Source: Rebecca billardiae RCC1528 (Eukaryota; Protista; Haptophyta). Taken from it: 64,000 bases of DNA. Below are positions 10,721 through 19,501 of this stretch, piece by piece. The first letter of the stretch is position 1, and every line of letters starts with the position of its first letter. The notes under the pieces were generated by a model. The model was not told where the DNA came from. It was given only the letters and a program-made list of their open reading frames with translations, and searched no databases. The DNA lies in NCBI GenBank assembly GCA_965240325.2, contig OZ251224.1:3534001-3598000 (forward strand), written 5' to 3'. The position numbers and the translations under genes were made by a program.

Positions 10721-11437
10721 CTGCAGCACAGCCGTGCACGCCTGGTGCACACATTGCCCTTCAAGCCAGCCGCGGAACTGGGCGCGGCCCCTGACAAAGC
10801 TCTCGCGCATGTCAGAGTAGCACTTGGCGTGAAGGCTGAGCTGGTGGCTCGCACGCTGTCGAGCGCGCGCTGGGCTGCGTCGGCGATGACGCACCGGGCG
10901 TAGCAGCCGCGCGCGCTCACTGCTCAGCACGCCCTCGTTGGCGAGCGCGTGGCCGCGAGCGCACTGAGCACGGCGGCGAGGGCGAGGTCGAACGCGGCGG
11001 CCCAGGTGCGCGGCTCGTGGCGACCGGCGGCATCGAGCGCTGCGCTGAGCGCACACGCGTGCGCGGCGCGCAGTGGGCGTTGGCCTCGGCGCTGGCACAG
11101 GCGGCGGCGGGGCCATCGGCGGCGGCGGCAGCATATTGGCCGAATAATATAACATACGCCACTAATTGTCACGGTCCGGCCGTGCTGAGCGGCTGCTGAG
11201 TCACAGTGAGCGTGTCACGTGCCTCACGGTCGGCTGAGCGGCTCGGCACGCGCTCGGATTGCAGCACCGTTCCGTGACCGGCATGGCATCACCAATTGTC
11301 ATAAGGCGTTGTCGGCGTGCCCACCTGCTGGGCGGGCGCCGCGCCGGTTTATCATCTCACCGCAGCTGTCGAGCAGGTCGTCGATGGCGGGCACGTGCTG
11401 TCGGTCAGTGCCCCCCCCCCCCCTTGGGGCGGCCGAC
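9790..11437 (-). repeat. Degenerate internally duplicated block (modules ~10192-10600 and ~10727-11132; 9880-10600 homologous to 11461-12240), probably part of a decayed transposon
   Basis: Repeated strings such as gccgtgcacgcctgg..cccttcaagccagccgcggaact..ctgacaaagctctcgcgcatgtc occur about 537 bp apart and partly again at ~11700 and ~13270. Frames are broken. Confidence 0.75.
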
Positions 11438-12290
11438 TGCTCCAGCTGGGGTCGGCGTCGGCGGCTGCATTGGCTGACGGCTGCTCCGGCAGGGTTGCGG
11501 CTGCGGCTGCGGGCGGGTCGGGCTGGTTGTTGACGCGCTGCGGCGGTGGCAGCGGCGGCGGGCTTGGCAGCTGTCTGGGCGGCTGCGGCAGGCTGGGCGC
11601 CAGCGGCGGCTGCGGCGGTCTGATGCATCACTGTCAGGCCGGTGGCGTCTGCGCCGGCCTCGTGACTCTGGGCGCCTGCCCTCGGCGCGGCCCCTGGCAA
11701 AGGTCCGTCGCGCATGTCGGAGTAGCACTCGGCGTGAAGGCTGAGCTGATGGCTTGCACGCTGTCGAGTGCGCGCTGGGCGGCGTCGGCGATAGGCGGGC
11801 TCGGCTGATGCGGTGGCATAGGCGGCGGCGGCGGCGCAGGCTGTCGCGGCGGCGGGGGCACCGGAGGATGCGGCGGCATCGAAGGCAGCGGCGGCATCCG
11901 CGGCGGGGGCGCCTGGCGAGCGGCGGAAGGTGGCAGGTGCGATGGATGGCGCCGCCCGGCTGATGCGGTGGCATAGGTGGCGGCGGCGCAGGCTGTCGAG
12001 AGCGCGCGCGCTGGGCGGCGTCGGCGTTGACGCCGGGTAAAGCTTGTGGCCGCGAGCGCGCCGAGCACGGCGAGGTCGAGGACGAACGTGGCGCCCCACG
12101 GGCAAGCTCGCGGCGACCGTGGGCATCGAGCACTGCGCTGAGCGCACGCGCGTGCGCGGCGCGCAGTGGGCATCGGCCTCGGCGCTGGCACCGGCGGCGG
12201 CGGGGGCATCGGAGGATGCGGCGGCATCGGTGGCGGCGGCGGCATCCGCGGCGGGGGCGCCTGGCGAGCGGCGGAAGGTCGGGGCAGCAC

Positions 12291-12646
12291 GGGCGCCTCG
12301 TCCCAGATGACAAGCCGCGCGCTGGCGAGCAGGTCGCCGCGCTGCGTGCTGTGGGACACGTGAAAGGTCTTGTTCTCGTGCTGCTTGTCAACGTGCATGT
12401 GGTGCTGCAAGTGGAAGGTGCCACCGCCATCGAAGGCAAGCGCCGTGATGCCGGACCACGCGCACGGCAGCGCGACGTCCCCAGCCGCGCGCGCGCAGCA
12501 GGGCGCGCAGCATGACCGTCTTTTCCGCGCCAGCGGAGGCGCTGAGCGAGTGCAGCACTCGCCGCGAGTGCAGCACTCCGCGCGGTCGGCGCGTCGACGT
12601 CGGAGAGCACGGCGTGGACGATGCAGGCCTGCTCGTCGTCGAGCAC
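12291..12646 (-). pseudogene. Frameshifted Helitron-type PIF1 helicase fragment, copy 1
   Basis: Across frameshifts: LDDEQACIVHAVL; SASAGAEKT (degenerate Walker A); VALPCAWSGITALAFDGGGTFH; RGDLLASARLVIWDEAP (Walker B typical of Helitron PIF1). Confidence 0.85.
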
Positions 12647-12781
12647 GGGCACGCGCGCGGCGGCCGCACCCACGCGCTCGTCCGCGCGGGCGTCGGCGCG
12701 CCTGGGCTCAGCGCGCGTGGCGGGCGGGAGCTCTGAGCTCTCGTGGGACGGACGTCCGGCGGGGCTGCAACACTTGCAGAC

Positions 12782-13003
12782 TTGCTTGGTCCGGCTTCCG
12801 CATAACTAACTTACTTGGTCCGGCGTTTTTTACTTGGTCCGTGCTTTTTTACTTGGATTGGCGTCTGTTTACTTGGATTGGCGGTTTATGCGGCGTGACG
12901 AACGTTTTTTACTCCGATTGGCGCCTGCTTACTCCGATTGGCGGTTTATGCGGCCCGAACCCGTGACGAAATACCAAGTAATTTCCAAGTAGCGCAAAGT
13001 AAG
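12782..13003. repeat. Phased short-motif array (TTACTTGG/TTACTCCG direct copies plus inverted CCAAGTA copies); duplicated at 14355-14576
   Basis: Direct motifs at 12811, 12830, 12849, 12869, 12909, 12929; inverted copies at 12974, 12985, 12995. AT-rich island. Confidence 0.85.
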
Positions 13004-13863
13004 CAATTTGTGCTCCAGCTGGGGTCGGCGTCGGCGGCTGCATTGGCTGACGGCTGCTCCGGCAGGGTTGCGGCTGCGGCTGCGGGCGGGTCGGGCTGGT
13101 TGTTGACGCGCTGCGGCGGTGGCAGCGGCGGCGGGCTTGGCAGCTGTCTGGGCGGCTGCGGCAGGCTGGGCGCCAGCGGCGGCTGCGGCGGTCTGATGCA
13201 TCACTGTCAGGCCGGTGGCGTCTGCGCCGGCCTCGTGACTCTGGGCGCCTGCCCTCGGCGCGGCCCCTGGCAAAGGTCCGTCGCGCATGTCGGAGTAGCA
13301 CTCGGCGTGAAGGCTGAGCTGATGGCTTGCACGCTGTCGAGTGCGCGCTGGGCGGCGTCGGCGATAGGCGGGCTCGGCTGATGCGGTGGCATAGGCGGCG
13401 GCGGCGGCGCAGGCTGTCGCGGCGGCGGGGGCACCGGAGGATGCGGCGGCATCGAAGGCAGCGGCGGCATCCGCGGCGGGGGCGCCTGGCGAGCGGCGGA
13501 AGGTGGCAGGTGCGATGGATGGCGCCGCCCGGCTGATGCGGTGGCATAGGTGGCGGCGGCGCAGGCTGTCGAGCGCGCGCGCGCTGGGCGGCGTCGGCGT
13601 TGACGCCGGGTAAAGCTTGTGGCCGCGAGCGCGCCGAGCACGGCGAGGTCGAGGACGAACGTGGCGCCGCACGGGCAAGCTCGCGGCGACCGTGGGCATC
13701 GAGCACTGCGCTGAGCGCACGCGCGTGCGCGGCGCGCAGTGGGCATCGGCCTCGGCGCTGGCACCGGCGGCGGCGGGGGCATCGGAGGATGCGGCGGCAT
13801 CGGTGGCGGCGGCGGCATCCGCGGCGGGGGCGCCTGGCGAGCGGCGGAAGGTCGGGGCAGCAC

Positions 13864-14219
13864 GGGCGCCTCGTCCCAGATGACAAGCCGCGCGCTGGCG
13901 AGCAGGTCGCCGCGCTGCGTGCTGTGGGACACGTGAAAGGTCTTGTTCTCGTGCTGCTTGTCAACGTGCATGTGGTGCTGCAAGTGGAAGGTGCCACCGC
14001 CATCGAAGGCAAGCGCCGTGATGCCGGACCACGCGCACGGCAGCGCGACGTCCCCAGCCGCGCGCGCGCAGCAGGGCGCGCAGCATGACCGTCTTTTCCG
14101 CGCCAGCGGAGGCGCTGAGCGAGTGCAGCACTCGCCGCGAGTGCAGCACTCCGCGCGGTCGGCGCGTCGACGTCGGAGAGCACGGCGTGGACGATGCAGG
14201 CCTGCTCGTCGTCGAGCAC
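13864..14219 (-). pseudogene. Frameshifted Helitron-type PIF1 helicase fragment, copy 2
   Basis: Duplicate of 12291-12646 shifted by 1573 nt. Confidence 0.85.
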
Positions 14220-14654
14220 GGGCACGCGCGCGGCGGCCGCACCCACGCGCTCGTCCGCGCGGGCGTCGGCGCGCCTGGGCTCAGCGCGCGTGGCGGGCGG
14301 GAGCTCTGAGCTCTCGTGGGACGGACGTCCGGCGGGGCTGCAACACTTGCAGACTTGCTTGGTCCGGCTTCCGCATAACTAACTTACTTGGTCCGGCGTT
14401 TTTTACTTGGTCCGTGCTTTTTTACTTGGATTGGCGTCTGTTTACTTGGATTGGCGGTTTATGCGGCGTGACGAACGTTTTTTACTCCGATTGGCGCCTG
14501 CTTACTCCGATTGGCGGTTTATGCGGCCCGAACCCGTGACGAAATACCAAGTAATTTCCAAGTAGCGCAAAGTAAGCAATTTGTGCGCAAAGCACGCAAT
14601 TTGGCGAGTTTGGCGAGCCGGATCGTGGAGAGAAACAGGAAGAGCGGAGACTGG

Positions 14655-16101
14655 ATGGCGTCAATCACGCCTTAAGGCCAAAACCGCGCCGTTGCTCGAG
14701 GCGAACGGGCTGGAGCATGGCGACGCGCCTGACAAGCGGGCGCTCGTGCATGGCGCCTTCTTCACGCTCGGCGCCGCGTCGTGCATCACGCACAACAGCG
14801 TGATCATGGCCGTCGCCTACTTTCGCGCGGCCCTGGGCACGTCTGTGCTCGCGCAGATCGCGCTCGCGTACAACGTCACGCTGCTGGGCTCGATGGGCTA
14901 CCTCATCTTCGGCGCGCCGCGCTCGCCCTCGCTCGCCGTGTACAGCCTTGCGCTCCGGGCCGCGATGAGTACGGCGTGCCTCCTGAACTGCGCGCTCGTC
15001 GCCGCCGTGCTCGCGCGCCTCAACATCCGCGCGCACGTGCTGCTGCCCCTGGTCTCGCTCAATGGGTTCGCGGCCGGGCTGACGCAGGGACTGGGCGCGT
15101 CTCTGGGCGGCCTATTCGACCCGTACTCCTTCGTGCGCGGCTGCTCGAGCCAGCAGCTCGCCGGCTCGGGCTTTGGCGTGCTCATGCCAACACTGACACA
15201 GCTCGCGCTGCTGCCGCGCTCGGCCGCGGCGCGCTCGGCCGCCGAGCTGCGTGCGTGCGCACGCATGGGCGCGGTGGTGAGCGCGGCAATCGGCGGTGCG
15301 GTGTGCGTGGCGGGCCTGCTCGCAGTACAGCACCTCCGTTTCACCCGCTGCTGGCGCGCCGTCGACTCGCAATGCGCGCGCGAGCCGGGCCAGTGCGCGC
15401 CTAGACCGCCCGTCGGCAGCGAGGCCGCGCGAGCCAACCCTGCAGAGGACACCGTGGGCAAGTGCGCGGCAGGCGGGTACACGAAGGTGCTGCGCACGCG
15501 GCTCACGCAGCTGCGGTGGTGCATGCTCGCGCAGCTCGTCAACGAGTTTTCATTCGTCTCGCTGATGCTGCTCTCGCCGGCGCTCCCGACGCCGGGCGCC
15601 GCCCTCTGCGCCGCCGGCACTCCCAGCGGCGCCAGCGGCAGCGTGGGCGGACGCGTGGCCGCTGCGTGCTTCTGGCGCGCGTTGCTGCCGACTGTGCTCC
15701 TGATCGCGGCGAATGTGGTCTCGTTCGCCGGCCGCGTGGCGGCCTCTTTCGCCGGGCTGGGAGAGCCGCGCGCGGCCGAGCTGCTCGGGCCGGGCGGGCG
15801 CGCCTCTGCGCTCGTCCTGCTGGTGGCAGTGTGCGTCGCCGCGCCGGTCGCGGCCGCGGCGCACATGAGCGCAGTGCATGTGGGGCGCCAAGCGGCGCTC
15901 TCGCCTTGGGTGCTCGTCGGCGTGTTCGGCGCGGTCTCGTTCGCTTCGGGCTTCAGCGTCCTCTCGCTCAGCCAGCTCGCGCAGCGCTTGTGCAGTCACT
16001 CGCTCGAGTCGCCGTGCGAGATCACCGCGCAGTTCACGTGGGCGTCGATCAACGTCGGCGCGTTCTGCGCGACCTTGCTCTCGCTCGCGGTGCTGCGCTA
16101 A
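14655..16101 (+). CDS. Equilibrative nucleoside transporter (ENT/SLC29)-like multi-TM protein; start codon ambiguous
   Basis: About 11 hydrophobic helices; TM1 FFTLGAASCITHNSVIMAVAYF resembles ENT TM1; later NVVSFAGR and SFASGF motifs. First in-frame ATG (~14806) lies inside TM1; the ATG at 14655 is one base out of frame. Confidence 0.7.
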
Positions 16102-16272
16102 TATTGATCATCATCACTCTGATGATCGCCGGCGATCAATGAGCTTCGTCGTAGTCATCGTCACTGATGGCGCGCTGGAACTACGCCCGCCGGCGCTCGT
16201 TGTCCCAGTGTGGGGCCCCGCCCGCGCTCCGCCGGCGCGTGACTCGTGCGACGACAAGTCATGGGCACTCAG

Positions 16273-19188
16273 CTACCTAGCAGAGCCGCAGGCCAGCAGG
16301 TACTCTGGGTAGGCGTACTCGGGGTGCAGAAGCACCAGCTCAGCCCCGTCGGGACCCTCGAGCACGAGCGAGTGGTAGTGGAGCGGGCCCGCCTTGCGGC
16401 CGTCGAGCCCGGGGATGCGCGCGAGCTCGCGCATGCCGTCCGCGTCGAACGCCAGCTGGCCGTCGGCCGCGCGCAGCCGGCGCCACGCGGCGTGGTCGGC
16501 CGCTTCTGACGCCTCGTCTGCACCGGACATTGCCGCCGACTCCCGCTGCGCGCGCACGCTCGCGCCGAGCGCGACGCGCGCGAGCACGATGAAGCGCACA
16601 GCGCGCGGCGCGCCGTCGGCGGCGTGGGCCCAGAGCTGCTCCTCCAGCGCGGGCGCAGGCCGCTCGGCGCTCGGCGCCGCGGCCTGCTCCGCCGCGCGCG
16701 CGGCGTCGTGGGCAAAGTGCACGCCGCCAGCGAGCGCGCCGGGCGCGTGCGCCAGCGCCATGAAGCCGCGGCCGAGCAGCGGGTGGAGCACGCCCGGCCG
16801 CACGCCGATGAGCACGCGCGCCTCGCACGCTCGCTCGTCCAGAGCGCCCGGGAGGCTGAGCACGGGCTCGTGCGCGGCGCCGTGCACAAGCCTCTGCCCG
16901 TACCCGCGCGCGCGCGCGCGCTCGAGCTCGCTGCCGACCGCGCCGCACGCGGCCGCGTAGCGGCGCCAGAGGGACGGGTGCTCGACCCGCCACGCCTGGC
17001 AGAGCTCGAGGCCTCGACCGTCAGCGCCGGCCGCGCGGAGCGCGCGCTTGAGCACGCGGAACTCGTCGGCACTCGTCGGCATGTCAGCCAGGGGGTGGCT
17101 CAAAGCCAGCAGCGCGCGCTCCGCCAGCGACGACGCGAGCGCGGCGGCGCGGCCCGGCGCGGCCGTGGGCCGGGCGCTCGCGGCCTCGAGCCTGACGAGG
17201 GACACGTCGCCGCCGCCCTGCAGCGGGCAGGTCCAGTGGTGAGGCACGCTCGCGTCGATGGAGCCCAGCCCGAGGGTGGCGCCCCCGAGCACCGCGCCCC
17301 CGATGGCGCTCACCGCCGAGCGCGCAAGCCCCGAGACGGCGTCAAACTGCATGCTGCTGGCGTCCGAGTCCGCTGCCGGCTGATTGGGCGAGCCGTATTT
17401 GTATGGAGGCGGCGGCGGCGGCGGCGGCGCCTCGGGGTCGCGCTCCTCCGAGGCAGCGCGCATCCGGGAGGAGGGCGGGTGCGGCCACAGCCAGAAGGGG
17501 CGCCCGGCCGACGCGCCCGCGCCCGCTCCGTGCGGTTGCCACCCGAGCCGCGCAGGGCAGGTGAACGCCCGCTTCGCTCGACGGCAGCACACGGCGCAGC
17601 CGCACGCGACCAGCACGAATGCCAGCGTGCCGAGGACGACTCCGAGCAGGGCGCGTCGCCAGCGCGGATACGAGCACACCGCGCCGCCCGACTCGTCGCG
17701 ATCCGCGCAGCACATGCCGTCCTCGGCCGCGCGGATCTGGCAGAGCAGCACGTCCACGCGCGCGCCGAGCGTGCACTTGCTCGCGACGAGCGCGTCGCCC
17801 GCCGCCTCGTCATCGCGCGCGAGCATGCACGCAGCGTGCACAGCGTCGGAGTCACCCGCGGAGCCGTGGCCGTCGTCTGTGGGCGCGCCGCACACCTGGT
17901 CGATCATGTGCACGAGGCGGTGCGACGAGTACGCGGAGGCGGCCCGCGCGGGCGCGCCGCTCGGCAGCGCCGGCGCGGCAGGGCCGAGCTTGCACTCGCC
18001 CGCGTCTGCGGCGCACCGCGCCGCGAGCGGGCAGTGCTGCCCAAACGGCTGTCGCGCGTCGTCGTCGAGCGGGAGCGCGCAGCCCAGGTGGAGCATGGTG
18101 TACGGGCACTCGCGCACGCAGCGGCTGAAGCAGCAGAAGCGCGTGCTCATGTAGCTGCACCCCTTGGCGCACGCGCTGCAGTCGAGCCGCTCCGGAGCGG
18201 CCGAGGCCGAGGAGGAGGAGGAGGAGGAGGCGCCGTCGCCGCCGCCGAATAGGCTCATGGCCGCGTCGGCCGCGCCGCGCGACTGCACGAGGGCGTCGAT
18301 CGAGGGCAGCCCGGCGCCGAGCAGCGCGGGCGGCTGCGGCTCGTCCGCCTCGAGCTCGGCCTGGAGGACGTGCGCGCTGGCGTTCTGACCGCTGCCGCCC
18401 GCGTGCCGCACGGTCCACAGCCGGGTGTCAGCCGCCGGCCGCGCGTGCGGCGCGCGCCCGACCGTGCAGCCCACGAGCAGTGCAGCGCCGAGCGCGACGG
18501 CGACGATGGCGGTGACGCGGATGAGTCGGCGCGGCCGCGCGAACGAGCCCTCGTCGACGACGCGGACAGGCGCGTCGCTGCGGGCGTCCGACGGAGCGAT
18601 CAGCGCCGAGCGCGCCGGGATGCCGGTCGTGCGGCCGTGCTCAGACGCGGCCGGTGCGGCCGGCCGCCCCGCAGGGAGCACGGCGGCGGCGGTGGCAGTG
18701 CGGGAGGAGGCGTCCGCCGGCGCGAGCGAGACATGCTCTGCGACGCTCGGGTGGGTGTCGCTCTCGGCGACACCCGCGGGCGGACCCAAGCCGCTCGGTG
18801 CCGTGTCGCGGGCGTCACCGCAGGCGAGCGCCTCGGCGGCCGGCACAGAGGCCGGGATGGCGGGCTCGCGCGCGTCCGCTGGAGCCTCGGCGCGTTGCGC
18901 GTCGGCCGGAGCGCGCACGTCCAGCTGGCTGGCCTCTGCAGCAGCCAATCCAGCTATCGCCGTGGCAGGTGCGCGCGGTGCATCTGAGGCATCTGAGGCA
19001 TGCGCAACCGCCTCCGCATGCGGGGCGTCTGCCCGAGGGGAATCGACTGGGAGCAGGGATGCGTCGTCGGCGCTCTCGGCGGCAGGTGAGAAGGCATCGG
19101 CTGCCACGTCGTCGTCGCTGCCGTCATCCGCAGAGGCCACGGACGCCTGCTCCTCCTCGAGCGCGTCGTAAAAGTGTAGCGCGAGCAT
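16273..19188 (-). CDS. Two-TM membrane protein with Cys-rich loop, PPxY motif and C-terminal degenerate PARP (ART) catalytic domain
   Basis: ATG 19188; TM ~18525-18460 and ~17652-17585. C-terminus RVEHPSLWRRY..EARVLIG..GGVHFAHDA..FIVLARVALG..HYHSL..ELVLLHPEYAYPEYLL matches the tankyrase-type PARP pattern. Confidence 0.8.
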   Translation of the reverse strand: MLALHFYDALEEEQASVASADDGSDDDVAADAFSPAAESADDASLLPVDSPRADAPHAEAVAHASDASDAPRAPATAIAGLAAAEASQLDVRAPADAQRAEAPADAREPAIPASVPAAEALACGDARDTAPSGLGPPAGVAESDTHPSVAEHVSLAPADASSRTATAAAVLPAGRPAAPAASEHGRTTGIPARSALIAPSDARSDAPVRVVDEGSFARPRRLIRVTAIVAVALGAALLVGCTVGRAPHARPAADTRLWTVRHAGGSGQNASAHVLQAELEADEPQPPALLGAGLPSIDALVQSRGAADAAMSLFGGGDGASSSSSSSASAAPERLDCSACAKGCSYMSTRFCCFSRCVRECPYTMLHLGCALPLDDDARQPFGQHCPLAARCAADAGECKLGPAAPALPSGAPARAASAYSSHRLVHMIDQVCGAPTDDGHGSAGDSDAVHAACMLARDDEAAGDALVASKCTLGARVDVLLCQIRAAEDGMCCADRDESGGAVCSYPRWRRALLGVVLGTLAFVLVACGCAVCCRRAKRAFTCPARLGWQPHGAGAGASAGRPFWLWPHPPSSRMRAASEERDPEAPPPPPPPPYKYGSPNQPAADSDASSMQFDAVSGLARSAVSAIGGAVLGGATLGLGSIDASVPHHWTCPLQGGGDVSLVRLEAASARPTAAPGRAAALASSLAERALLALSHPLADMPTSADEFRVLKRALRAAGADGRGLELCQAWRVEHPSLWRRYAAACGAVGSELERARARGYGQRLVHGAAHEPVLSLPGALDERACEARVLIGVRPGVLHPLLGRGFMALAHAPGALAGGVHFAHDAARAAEQAAAPSAERPAPALEEQLWAHAADGAPRAVRFIVLARVALGASVRAQRESAAMSGADEASEAADHAAWRRLRAADGQLAFDADGMRELARIPGLDGRKAGPLHYHSLVLEGPDGAELVLLHPEYAYPEYLLACGSAR

Positions 19189-19501
19189 CCTGTCGCGGGC
19201 GGAGGTGGTGGGCCGGCGCCGCAAAAACTAAGATCGGGGACCACGGGACTTGTGAGCATCGGGGACCAGGGACCGTCCGGCTCGCCGGCCAATCCAATCT
19301 CAAATCTGTCAGTCAGGAATCAAGGGTTCCTTTTTGGTTTGGTCAGGCACAACCGGGTACCCGCCACCGGAGTCCCGGACGCACGCGCGGGTCCGCCCGT
19401 GGGAGAGCGGCCGGGGCAGAAAAGCGCGCGCGCGGAGCCGGTTGCGCCGTCCCTGCTGGAACCATCGAGCCAGTGAATCGTCATCGCGCGGGTCGAGCGT
19501 C

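Larger units (their letters stand above)
11438..14583. repeat. Near-identical 1573-bp tandem duplication (11438-13010, 13011-14583)
   Basis: Duplicate ORFs offset by exactly 1573 nt (e.g. 12027/13600). TGC microhomology at the junction. Only two substitutions noticed. Confidence 0.95.

Noticed and set aside
12782-13003. CRISPR array
   Set aside because: Repeats are 8-13 nt with related, very short spacers; eukaryotic context; no cas genes.
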